Below, one piece after another: positions 8,861-17,424 of a stretch of 64,000 nt of DNA (the stretch's first letter is position 1; every line of letters begins with the position of its first letter). The notes under the pieces are model-generated. The model ran no database searches. It saw only the letters and a list, made by a program, of their open reading frames with translations, and was not told where the DNA came from. The stretch lies in NCBI GenBank assembly GCA_035708765.1, contig DASTFI010000017.1, positions 607 through 64,606 on the forward strand. The letters run 5' to 3'. Origin of the DNA: Marmoricola sp. GTDB taxonomy: Bacteria > Actinomycetota > Actinomycetes > Propionibacteriales > Nocardioidaceae. A program made the translations under genes and the position numbers.

Positions 8861-9334
8861 ATGGACACCCACGACCTGCTCTCGGTCACCCAGGTGGCAC
8901 AGCGCAGCGGTTTCGCCGCGTCGGCGCTCCGCTACTACGAGTCCCAGGGGCTGATCGAGGCGCAGCGCTCCCCCGGTGGCCGGCGTCAGTACCCCCGCAG
9001 CGTGCTGCGCCGGCTCGCCTTCATCCGTGCTGCCGGCAACGTCGGCCTGAGCCTCGACGAGATCCGCGTGGAGCTGGACCAGCTCCCCCGCGGCCGCACG
9101 CCCACCAAGGCCGACTGGCAGCGCATCTCCCGGCACTGGCGAGGTCGGCTCGACGAGCAGCTCGCCGCGCTCCAGCGACTCCGCGACGGTCTCGACTCGT
9201 GCATCGGCTGTGGCTGCCTGTCGCTGAAGCGGTGTGCGATGTCGAACCCGGGTGACATCGCCGCCACGTCCCCGGACACGCCCGGCGCGGCATACCTGCC
9301 GCCGGCGCTGCGTCGACCACCGCAGCCGCGGTGA
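8861..9334 (+). CDS. soxR: Redox-sensitive [2Fe-2S] transcriptional activator SoxR
   Basis: MerR HTH (SALRYYE) and the diagnostic CIGCGCLSLKRC cluster motif. Confidence 0.95.
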   Translation: MDTHDLLSVTQVAQRSGFAASALRYYESQGLIEAQRSPGGRRQYPRSVLRRLAFIRAAGNVGLSLDEIRVELDQLPRGRTPTKADWQRISRHWRGRLDEQLAALQRLRDGLDSCIGCGCLSLKRCAMSNPGDIAATSPDTPGAAYLPPALRRPPQPR

Positions 9335-9388
9335 CCGGATGCTGGATGGGGCGGGCGGTCGTGCGGCCGGCGACCTAGGCTGCTGCTC

Positions 9389-9454
9389 GTGGGCAACACC
9401 TGGACGTATTTCTTCGACACCACGCCGGGGGCACCGGCGCCGGCGTCGCGCTAG
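9389..9454 (+). CDS. Leaderless leader peptide MGNTWTYFFDTTPGAPAPASR (aromatic amino acid sensor uORF)
   Basis: TAGGCT -10 (9376-9381), GTG 7 nt later, codons TGG-ACG-TAT-TTC-TTC, TAG at 9452-9454. Lies directly upstream of a DAHP synthase. Confidence 0.75.
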   Translation: MGNTWTYFFDTTPGAPAPASR

Positions 9455-9476
9455 GTCGCGCCCGCACCGACACCGA

Positions 9477-9510
9477 GCCCCTGGCAGACCACCAGGGGCC
9501 TTCGTGTTTC
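9477..9510 (+). terminator. Attenuator terminator hairpin
   Basis: GCCCCTGG (9477-9484) pairs with CCAGGGGC (9492-9499), followed by a T-rich tail CTTCGTGTTTC. Confidence 0.75.
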
Positions 9511-9590
9511 ACCACCGATGCACGCGACAGACCGGGACCCGGGTGGCGAGCCGGACCCGAACCTGAAGCGACACAGACAAGGACAGTCCC

Positions 9591-10643
9591 ATGGTCGTAG
9601 TGATGGCACCTGATGCCACCGAGGAGCAGATCCAGCACGTCACCGAGCGCGTCGAGAGCGTGGGCGGGCAGGCGTTCGTCAGCCGTGGCGTCCGCCGCAC
9701 CATCATCGGCCTCATCGGTGACATCGAGTCCTTCCACGGGCTCAACCTGCGCAGCCTGCCCGGCGTCGCGGACGTGCACCGGATCTCCGACCCGTTCAAG
9801 CTGGTCAGCCGACAGCACCACCCGCACCGTTCGACGGTCTGGGTCGGCACCGACAACCAGGTCCCGGTCGGCCCCGAGACGTTCACCTTCATCGCCGGCC
9901 CGTGTGCGGTCGAGACGCCGCAGCAGACGCTCGAGGCGGCCGAGATGGCCCGGGCGGCCGGCGCCACGTTGCTGCGCGGCGGCGCGTTCAAGCCGCGCAC
10001 GTCGCCCTACGCCTTCCAGGGCCTGGGCCTGCGCGGCCTGGAGATCCTCGCCGACGTGGGGCGCACGACCGGGCTGCCGATCGTCACCGAGGTCGTCGAC
10101 GCCCGCGACGTCGAGGTCGTCGCCGAGCACGCCGACATGCTGCAGATCGGCACTCGCAACATGGCGAACTTCGGCCTGCTCCAGGCGGCCGGCAGCGCCG
10201 GCAAGCCGGTCCTGCTCAAGCGCGGGATGACCGCGACGATCGAGGAGTGGCTGATGGCCGCGGAGTACATCGCCCAGCGGGGCAACCTCGAGATCGTGCT
10301 GTGCGAGCGCGGGATCCGCACCTTCGAGCCGTCCACGCGCAACACCCTGGACATCTCCGCAGTCCCCGTCGTGCAGGCCAAGAGCCACCTGCCGGTGATC
10401 GTGGACCCCTCGCACGCGGGTGGTCGCAAGGACCTGGTGGTCCCGCTCTCGCGTGCCGCGATCGGCGTCGGTGCCGACGGGGTGATCGTCGACGTGCACC
10501 CCGACCCGGAGAACGCCCGCTGCGACGGCCCCCAGGCCCTGTTCGGCACGGACCTGCGCGAGCTCGCCCAGGCCGTGCGCCAGCTGCCCAAGGCGCTGGG
10601 CCGGGTGGACTCCCGCGAGCGGATCCGCCGTACGACGCCCTGA
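9591..10643 (+). CDS. aroF: 3-deoxy-7-phosphoheptulonate (DAHP) synthase, type I-beta, with N-terminal ferredoxin-like/ACT regulatory domain
   Basis: IAGPCAVE, RGGAFKPRTSPY, LLKRG, CERGIRTF and VDPSH motifs. Confidence 0.93.
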   Translation: MVVVMAPDATEEQIQHVTERVESVGGQAFVSRGVRRTIIGLIGDIESFHGLNLRSLPGVADVHRISDPFKLVSRQHHPHRSTVWVGTDNQVPVGPETFTFIAGPCAVETPQQTLEAAEMARAAGATLLRGGAFKPRTSPYAFQGLGLRGLEILADVGRTTGLPIVTEVVDARDVEVVAEHADMLQIGTRNMANFGLLQAAGSAGKPVLLKRGMTATIEEWLMAAEYIAQRGNLEIVLCERGIRTFEPSTRNTLDISAVPVVQAKSHLPVIVDPSHAGGRKDLVVPLSRAAIGVGADGVIVDVHPDPENARCDGPQALFGTDLRELAQAVRQLPKALGRVDSRERIRRTTP

Positions 10644-10655
10644 GGCGCCGCGGGC

Positions 10656-11654
10656 TCAGCCGAGCAGTCGGGCCAGCGCCACCGCAGCCGCCTTGGCCTG
10701 CTCGGTCGAGACGTCGAGGTGGGTGACCAGCCGCAGCGCTCGGGGACCGACGGCCGAGACCAGCAGCCCCTCCTCGGCCGCGGCCACCACCACGGCAGCG
10801 GCGTCGGGCACCTCGGCCACCACGATGTTGGTGTCGACCGAGTCCGGGTCGACACCGCACGCCTCCGCCAGCAGGCGGGCGTGCTCGTGGTCGTCGGCGA
10901 GCCGCTCGACGTGGTGGTCGAGGGCATGCAGGCCGGCCGCCGCGAGGATCCCGACCTGACGCATGCCGCCCCCCATCCGCTTGCGGCGGACGCGAGCCTC
11001 GGCGACCTGGCCGGCGGTGCCGAGGACCAGCGAGCCGACGGGGGCACCGAGCCCCTTGGACAGGCAGACCGCCAGCGTGTCGGCGACGGCGCCGTACGTC
11101 GCCAGCGGGGTGCCGGTCGCGACGTGGGCGTTCCACACCCGGGCACCGTCGAGGTGCACCGAGCAGCCGACGCCGTCGGCCCAGGAGCGCAGCGCCTGCA
11201 GGTCGTCCAGCGGCAGCACCGCTCCCCCGGCGAAGTTGTGGGTGTTCTCCACCGACACGGCCCTGGTCGGCACGAAGAAAGGCCCCATGTCGGGGGCGTA
11301 CAGGTCCCTGATCGCGGTCAGGTCGACCTGCCCCCGCGGGTGCGTCCAGGTGCGGGAGGTGATGCCGGTGAAGGCGCCGTGCGCGCCCAGCTCGGCCCGC
11401 AGGATGTGCGCCCGGGACTCGGCCAGCACCTCCTCGCCCGGGCCGACCAGCAGTCCGACGGCCAGGACGTTGGCCATCGACCCCGTCGGGGTGAACAGCG
11501 CCGCCTCCTTGCCGAACAGCTCGGCGACGCGCTCCTCGAGGGCGAGCACCGTCGGGTCCTCGCCGTAGACGTCGTCACCGACCTCGGCCCGCGCCATCGC
11601 CGCCCGCATCGCGTCGGTCGGCCGGGTGACGGTGTCGGAGCGGAGGTCGATCAT
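10656..11654 (-). CDS. ltaE: Low-specificity L-threonine aldolase (PLP)
   Basis: MIDLRSDTVT, GDDVYGEDP, HLDGAR, CLSKGLGAPVGS and GGGMRQ motifs. Start overlaps the DAHPS II stop. Confidence 0.92.
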   Translation of the reverse strand: MIDLRSDTVTRPTDAMRAAMARAEVGDDVYGEDPTVLALEERVAELFGKEAALFTPTGSMANVLAVGLLVGPGEEVLAESRAHILRAELGAHGAFTGITSRTWTHPRGQVDLTAIRDLYAPDMGPFFVPTRAVSVENTHNFAGGAVLPLDDLQALRSWADGVGCSVHLDGARVWNAHVATGTPLATYGAVADTLAVCLSKGLGAPVGSLVLGTAGQVAEARVRRKRMGGGMRQVGILAAAGLHALDHHVERLADDHEHARLLAEACGVDPDSVDTNIVVAEVPDAAAVVVAAAEEGLLVSAVGPRALRLVTHLDVSTEQAKAAAVALARLLG

Positions 11655-13003
11655 GCCTTGCGCAGCATCTCGGCGACCAGGAACGCCAGCTCGAGGGACT
11701 GGACCCGGTTGAGCCGCGGGTCGCAGGCCGACTCGTAGCGGTTGCCCAGGTCGACCTCGAGCAGGTCCTCGCCGCCGCCGACGCACTCGGTCACGTCGTC
11801 GCCGGTCAGCTCCACGTGCAGCCCGCCGGGCCAGGTGTCGAGCGACCGGTGGACGTCGAAGAAGCCCTGCACCTCGGCGATCACGTCGTCGAAGCGGCGG
11901 GTCTTGTAGCCCGAGGAGGCCTCGTAGGTGTTGCCGTGCATCGGGTCGCAGACCCAGGCCACGTTGAGGCCCGCCGCCTCCACCTTCTCCACCAGCGGCG
12001 GCAGCAGGTCACCGATCCTGCCGGCTCCCATCCGGGTGATGAAGGTGAGCCGGCCGGCTTCGTTGTCGGGGTTGAGCTTCCCGGCCAGCGCGATCGCGTC
12101 GTCGGGGCTGGTCGTGGGCCCCAGCTTGACGCCGATCGGATTGCGGATGCGGCTGAGCAGCTCGACGTGCGCCCCGTCGAGCTGACGGGTGCGCTCGCCG
12201 ATCCACACGAAGTGGGCCGAGACGTCGTAGGGCAGGTCGGTGCGCGAGTCGATGCGGGTCATCGCGTGCTCGTACTCCAGCACCAGCGCCTCGTGACTGG
12301 AGTGGAAGTCGACCCGGTGGAACTCGTCGGGGTCGGCGCCGATCGCCTTCATGAAGGTCAGCGCGCGGTCGATCTCGGAGGCCACCGCCTCGTAGCGCCG
12401 GCCGACCGAGGAGGCGAGCACGAAGTCGGTGTTCCACGTGTGCACCTGCCGCAGGTCGGCGTAGCCGCCGGTGGTGAAGGCGCGCACGAGGTTCAGCGTC
12501 GAGGCCGAGGAGTGGTAGACCTGCTCGAGGCGCCGGGGGTCCGGCACCCGCTGGGCCTCGGTGAAGTCGAAGCCGTTCACGGCGTCACCGCGGTAGGCCG
12601 GCAGCGACACTCCCTCACGCGTCTCGATGTCGGAGCTGCGCGGCTTGGCGTACTGCCCCGCCAGCCGGCCGAGCTTCACCACCGGGACCGAGGCGGCGTA
12701 GGTGAGCACCACCGCCATCTGCAGGAGCACCCGCAGCTTGTTGCGCACGTTGTCGGCGGTCACCCCCGCGAAGGTCTCCGCGCAGTCGCCGCCCTGCAGC
12801 AGGAATGCCTCCCCACGGGACACGGCGGCCAGCTTCGCCTTGAGGCCGTCGCACTCCCCGGCGAAGACCAGCGGCGGGTAGGACCGGAGCCGCTGCACGA
12901 CGTCCGCGACCGCTGCCGGGTCGGGGTACGACGGCTGCTGGGCCGCACCCAGGGCATGCAGCGTCGCGAGGTCGGGGATCGGCTCGTTCACCGGAGGATT
13001 CAC
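11651..13003 (-). CDS. DAHP synthase, class II
   Basis: LQGGDCAE, GRLAGQYAKPRS, WIGERTRQ, CDPMHGNT and CDPRLN motifs. TAGGAT -10 6 nt before GTG. Confidence 0.95.
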   Translation of the reverse strand: MNPPVNEPIPDLATLHALGAAQQPSYPDPAAVADVVQRLRSYPPLVFAGECDGLKAKLAAVSRGEAFLLQGGDCAETFAGVTADNVRNKLRVLLQMAVVLTYAASVPVVKLGRLAGQYAKPRSSDIETREGVSLPAYRGDAVNGFDFTEAQRVPDPRRLEQVYHSSASTLNLVRAFTTGGYADLRQVHTWNTDFVLASSVGRRYEAVASEIDRALTFMKAIGADPDEFHRVDFHSSHEALVLEYEHAMTRIDSRTDLPYDVSAHFVWIGERTRQLDGAHVELLSRIRNPIGVKLGPTTSPDDAIALAGKLNPDNEAGRLTFITRMGAGRIGDLLPPLVEKVEAAGLNVAWVCDPMHGNTYEASSGYKTRRFDDVIAEVQGFFDVHRSLDTWPGGLHVELTGDDVTECVGGGEDLLEVDLGNRYESACDPRLNRVQSLELAFLVAEMLRKA

Positions 13004-13018
13004 CGGGCAATCCTACGT

Positions 13019-14047
13019 TCAGCCGAAGAACACCGCCGCTTCGGCGTACTCCTCCGGCGAGACCACCTTGAGCTCGTCGGTGCCCTCGCTGAGCGAGAGC
13101 CGGACGACGTCCTTGCCGCGCAGCGCCACCATGGTGCCGAACGCCCCGTCGTGGACCGCGTCGACGGCGTGCAGGCCGAACCGGGTCGCCAGCCAGCGGT
13201 CGAACGCCGTTGGAGTGCCGCCGCGCTGCACGTGGCCGAGCACGACGGCCCGGGCCTCCTTGCCGGTGCGGGCCTCGATCTCGGAGGCGACCCGGTCGCC
13301 GATGCCGCCGAGCCGGACGTGCCCGAACGCGTCCTTCTCCCCCGAGACCAGCGTCATCCCGCTGCCGTCGGCGGGCACCGCGCCCTCGGAGACGACCGCG
13401 ATGACGGCGTACTGGTCCTCGAACCGGGTCTCCACGTGGGCGCACACCGCGTCGATGTCGAAGGGCAGCTCGGGGATGAGGATCACGTTGGCGCCGCTGG
13501 CCAGGCCGGAGTGCAGCGCGATCCAGCCGGCGTGCCGGCCCATCACCTCGACGACCAGCACCCGGTGGTGCGACTCGGCGGTCGTGTGCAGCCGGTCGAT
13601 CGCCTCCATCGCGATGTTGACGGCCGTGTCGAAGCCGAAGGTGAAGTCAGTGCCGGAGAGGTCGTTGTCGATCGTCTTCGGCACCCCGACGACGTGGACC
13701 CCGCGCTCGTGCAGCCGGGTGGCCACGCCGAGCGTGTCCTCGCCGCCGATCGCGATCAGCGCGTCCACGCCGAGGTCGGCGAGGTTCTGCTGGATCCGCT
13801 CGACGCCGTCGTCGAGCGAGAAGGGGTTGGTCCTCGACGAGCCGAGGATGGTGCCGCCGCGCGGCAGGATCCCGCGCACCTCCGGCACGCCGAGCGGCAT
13901 CGTGAGCCCCTCGAGCGGACCCCGCCACCCGTCCCGGAAGCCGACGAACTCGTAGCCGTACTCCTTGACGCCCTTGCGGACGACCGCCCGGATGACCGCG
14001 TTCAGGCCGGGGCAGTCGCCGCCCCCCGTGAGCACTCCGACGCGCAT
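13019..14047 (-). CDS. pfkA: 6-phosphofructokinase
   Basis: TGGGDCPGLN, GGTILGSSR, PKTIDND, EVMGR and LGHVQRGG motifs. Confidence 0.95.
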   Translation of the reverse strand: MRVGVLTGGGDCPGLNAVIRAVVRKGVKEYGYEFVGFRDGWRGPLEGLTMPLGVPEVRGILPRGGTILGSSRTNPFSLDDGVERIQQNLADLGVDALIAIGGEDTLGVATRLHERGVHVVGVPKTIDNDLSGTDFTFGFDTAVNIAMEAIDRLHTTAESHHRVLVVEVMGRHAGWIALHSGLASGANVILIPELPFDIDAVCAHVETRFEDQYAVIAVVSEGAVPADGSGMTLVSGEKDAFGHVRLGGIGDRVASEIEARTGKEARAVVLGHVQRGGTPTAFDRWLATRFGLHAVDAVHDGAFGTMVALRGKDVVRLSLSEGTDELKVVSPEEYAEAAVFFG

Positions 14048-14163
14048 GGTTCCTCCTCGATTTGAACGATCAAAGCCACGCGAGCCCCAACATAGCGAGG
14101 CCGGTCGGCGTTGTGGAACCCCGACGCGGCCGGGCCGGCCGGCCGGGCCACTACGGTGGCGCC

Positions 14164-15027
14164 ATGACCTTCTCCATCGTCGGCCGGGCCACCGACCCGG
14201 CCACCGGCCAGCCCTGCTGGGGCGTGGCGGTCGCCTCGAAGTTCCTCGCCGTGGGCAACGCCGTGCCGGCCGCCGTCGCCGGAGTGGGTGCCCTGGCCAC
14301 CCAGGCCGACGCCAACGTCGCCTGGAAGGGCATCGGCCTGTCGCTCCTCGACGAGGGCGCCACTGCGGAGGTGGCCCTGCAACGGATGCTGGAGGAGGAC
14401 GAGCACCGCGCCGACCGCCAGATCGGCATCGTCGACGCCGACGGCAACGCCGCCACGCACACCGGCGGCGACTGCTTCGACTGGGCCGGCGGGATCGCCG
14501 AGCCGGACGTCGCCGTGCAGGGCAACATCCTCGCCGGCCCCGAGGTCGTGGAGCAGATGAAGCAGGCCTGGGACGCCCACGCCGACAGCACGCTCGCGCA
14601 CCGCCTCCTGGCCGCGTTGAGGGCCGGCGACGACGCCGGCGGCGACCGCCGCGGGAAGCAGTCGGCAGCGCTGCTGGTGGTGATGGAGGAGGCCGGGTAC
14701 GCCGGTCTCGACGACGTCGCCGTCGACCTGCGCGTCGACGACCACCCCGAGCCGGTCACCGAGCTGGGCCGCCTGCTCGAGCTGAACGACTTCTACCTCA
14801 CCGCGCCGACCGACGCGGAGAAGGTCGAGGTGACGCCCGCACTCGCCGAGGAGCTGGATCGGCACGCCCGGACACTCGGCCACGAGCACCTTCGGGAGTG
14901 GGTCGGCTCGGAGAACTACGAGATGCGGGTCGCGCCCGGACTCAAGCCGGCGTGGATCGACCCCACGGTGCTGCAGATCCTGCGCGACAAGGCCGCAGCG
15001 CAGGCGCCGGGCCGGGAAGCACCGTGA
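14164..15027 (+). CDS. DUF1028 (Ntn-hydrolase-like) protein with C-terminal putative peptidoglycan-binding domain
   Basis: MTFSIV start, GVAVASK, VQGNILAG, GGDRRGKQSAALLVV and DLRVDDH motifs. Coupled to glpK by a GTGA overlap. Confidence 0.85.
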   Translation: MTFSIVGRATDPATGQPCWGVAVASKFLAVGNAVPAAVAGVGALATQADANVAWKGIGLSLLDEGATAEVALQRMLEEDEHRADRQIGIVDADGNAATHTGGDCFDWAGGIAEPDVAVQGNILAGPEVVEQMKQAWDAHADSTLAHRLLAALRAGDDAGGDRRGKQSAALLVVMEEAGYAGLDDVAVDLRVDDHPEPVTELGRLLELNDFYLTAPTDAEKVEVTPALAEELDRHARTLGHEHLREWVGSENYEMRVAPGLKPAWIDPTVLQILRDKAAAQAPGREAP

Positions 15028-16511
15028 GCGTCCTGGCCATCGACGCCGGCACGACCGGCGTCACCGCCCTGGTGGTCACCCCGGAGGGCACGATCGCCTC
15101 CCGGGGCTACCAGGAGTTCGCCCAGCACTTCCCCCGCCCGGGCTGGGTCGAGCACTCGCCCGAGGAGATCTGGCAGGCCACCCTGGAGTCGACCCGCGCC
15201 TGCCTGGCCGACTGGTCCGGCGACGCCGCGCAGCTCACCGGCATCGGCATCACCAACCAGCGCGAGACGGTGCTGCTGTGGGACCGGGAGACGCTCGGCT
15301 CTCCACGGCGCGCGATCGTGTGGCAGGACCGTCGTACTGCCGACATCTGCACCCGGATGCGCGACGAGGGCCACGAGGACCGCGTCCGCGAGCTGACCGG
15401 CCTGCGCCTGGACCCGTACTTCTCCGGCACCAAGCTCGCCTGGCTCGCCGAGCACGAGCCGCAGACCTGGGCGCTGGTCGAGTCCGGCCGCTACGCGATC
15501 GGCACTATCGACTCCTACCTGGTCGCCCGGATGACGCGCGGCACCTGGCACCTGACCGACGTGTCGAACGCCTCCCGGACGCTGCTGTTCGACCTCGAGC
15601 GCGGCCAGTGGTCCGACGAGCTGTGCGGCCTCTTCGGCGTGCCGCGGGAGGCACTGCCGGAGGTGGTGCCTAGCTGGGGCGAGCTGGCGCGGACCGACGC
15701 CCGCTCCTTCCTCGACCTCGACCTGCCCATCGCGGGCATCGCCGGTGACCAGCAGTCGGCGCTCTTCGGACAGACCTGCTTCGACGTCGGCCGCTCCAAG
15801 TGCACCTACGGCACCGGCTCGTTCATCCTCACCAACACCGGGACCACCGTCGAGCGGTCCGACGCCGGACTGCTCTCCACGGCGGCCTGGCGCTCCCCCG
15901 AGGGCAGCACCACCTATGCCCTCGAGGGGGCCATCTTCGTCACCGGCGCCGCGGTGCAGTGGCTGCGCGACGGTCTGCAGATCGTGGGTACGGCGGCCGA
16001 GACCGAGGCCGTCGCCCGCACGGTCGACTCCACCGACGGGGTGGTGTTCGTGCCGGCCCTGACCGGCCTCGGCGCTCCGCACTGGGACCCCACCGCCCGG
16101 GGCACCATCCTCGGCATCACCCGGGGCACGACCCGCGCGCACATCGTCCGGGCCACGCTGGAGGCGATCGCCTTCGAGGTGCGCGACGTGGTGGAGACCA
16201 TGGGCCAGGGCGGGCCCGGGCTCTCGTCCCTGGCGGTCGACGGCGGCGCCGCGGCCAACGACGTGCTCTGCCAGTTCCAGGCCGACCTGCTCGGAGTCGC
16301 CGTGGAGCGGCCACGGATCGTCGACACCACGGCGCTGGGCGCCGCCTTCATGGCCGGGCTGGGCACCGGGCTGTGGTCCTCCACCGAGGACCTGCGCGAC
16401 TCCTGGCAGCTCGACCGTCGCTTCGAGCCCGATCCGGCGCGGGCCGACGCCTGTGCCGACGCCTACGCCCGCTGGCAGAAGGGCGTCGAGCGGGCCAAGG
16501 ACTGGGCCTGA
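15024..16511 (+). CDS. glpK: Glycerol kinase
   Basis: AIDAGTT, GITNQRET, VWQDRRT, DPYFSGTK, GDQQSALFGQ and KCTYGTG motifs. Confidence 0.93.
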   Translation: MSVLAIDAGTTGVTALVVTPEGTIASRGYQEFAQHFPRPGWVEHSPEEIWQATLESTRACLADWSGDAAQLTGIGITNQRETVLLWDRETLGSPRRAIVWQDRRTADICTRMRDEGHEDRVRELTGLRLDPYFSGTKLAWLAEHEPQTWALVESGRYAIGTIDSYLVARMTRGTWHLTDVSNASRTLLFDLERGQWSDELCGLFGVPREALPEVVPSWGELARTDARSFLDLDLPIAGIAGDQQSALFGQTCFDVGRSKCTYGTGSFILTNTGTTVERSDAGLLSTAAWRSPEGSTTYALEGAIFVTGAAVQWLRDGLQIVGTAAETEAVARTVDSTDGVVFVPALTGLGAPHWDPTARGTILGITRGTTRAHIVRATLEAIAFEVRDVVETMGQGGPGLSSLAVDGGAAANDVLCQFQADLLGVAVERPRIVDTTALGAAFMAGLGTGLWSSTEDLRDSWQLDRRFEPDPARADACADAYARWQKGVERAKDWA

Positions 16512-16521
16512 GCCATCGGGC

Positions 16522-17424
16522 CTACGCCTCCGGGGAGGCGGTCAGGTCGTCCAGCGCCGCCCGAGCCGCGTCCCGCTCGCCCCTGCTGTCATCGAGGGCC
16601 CCGGCGGCCTCCTCGCGCGCAGCCTCCGCGTCGTCGATGTCCTCGTCGACCGAGTCCACGTCCTCCTCGAGCTCTGCGAGCCGACGCTGCAGCTCGTCGA
16701 TCTCCTCGCGCAGCTGCAGCCGGCGTGCCTGCAGCCGCTCCACGGAGCCGGTCGCCTCGGCGACGTCCGCCTGGGCCCGCTCCACGGCCTCGGTGGCCCG
16801 GTCGAGCCGTTCGCGGGCGGCCCCGATCTTGAGGTGGGTGTCCGGCACGACGGTGAGCGTCGGGGGCTCGTGGCGCTCCGGCTCGGTCGCCTTTGCCGTC
16901 CAGGCACCGACGGCGGCGGGCACGGCGCACACCGCCGCGACGTCCACCTCGGAGAGGCCGGTGGCGGAGAACGCCGCCAGCACCAGGCCCGAGCGCACCA
17001 CCTCGGCCGCGACCGGGTCGAGCAGTGCCGCATTGAGGGTGCCCTCCACCTGGTCGGCGACGGAGTCGGTCAGCCGCACGTCGTACTCCCGGGCCAGCGA
17101 CCGGGCGGTGCCGGTCAGCGCGGCGGTGAGCTGGCGACGTTGCCGGGTCAACGCCCGGAGCTCGTCTCCGTCGAGGGACTCCGCCGCGGCCCGCAGCGAC
17201 TCGCCCAGCGCGAGCACCTGCTCGATCTGCCCGCCCTCACGGCGGACCAGCAGGTTGACCGCCCAGCCGGCGATCGAGGGCCGTTTCAGCTTCTTCACGC
17301 GGCCGGCGAGCTCCTTGTCGTCGCGTGCCTCCTTGGCAGCGGCGTCGCGGGCAGCGGTGAAGTCCGCAGGCTGCAGGGCGTAGAGCCGGTCGGCTACCTC
17401 GACCAGCGGGTCAGCCGAGGGCAT
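16522..17424 (-). CDS. Hypothetical protein with C-terminal coiled coil
   Basis: Long GC3-biased ORF (ADRLYALQPADFTAARD...WAVNLLVR) with an E/A/R-rich helical tail. Start overlaps the cinA end. Confidence 0.75.
   Translation of the reverse strand: MPSADPLVEVADRLYALQPADFTAARDAAAKEARDDKELAGRVKKLKRPSIAGWAVNLLVRREGGQIEQVLALGESLRAAAESLDGDELRALTRQRRQLTAALTGTARSLAREYDVRLTDSVADQVEGTLNAALLDPVAAEVVRSGLVLAAFSATGLSEVDVAAVCAVPAAVGAWTAKATEPERHEPPTLTVVPDTHLKIGAARERLDRATEAVERAQADVAEATGSVERLQARRLQLREEIDELQRRLAELEEDVDSVDEDIDDAEAAREEAAGALDDSRGERDAARAALDDLTASPEA

Noticed and set aside
13965-16511. 848-aa GlpK, and similarly extended RNase J (713 aa), RpsO (262 aa) and YlxR (542 aa) ORFs
   Set aside because: The extensions overlap neighbouring real genes or promoters. 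Family homology begins at the internal starts given in the features.
16522-17424. Transposase call for the coiled-coil hypothetical protein
   Set aside because: No catalytic DDE or HUH motif and no flanking repeats. It sits in a core-like context coupled to cinA.
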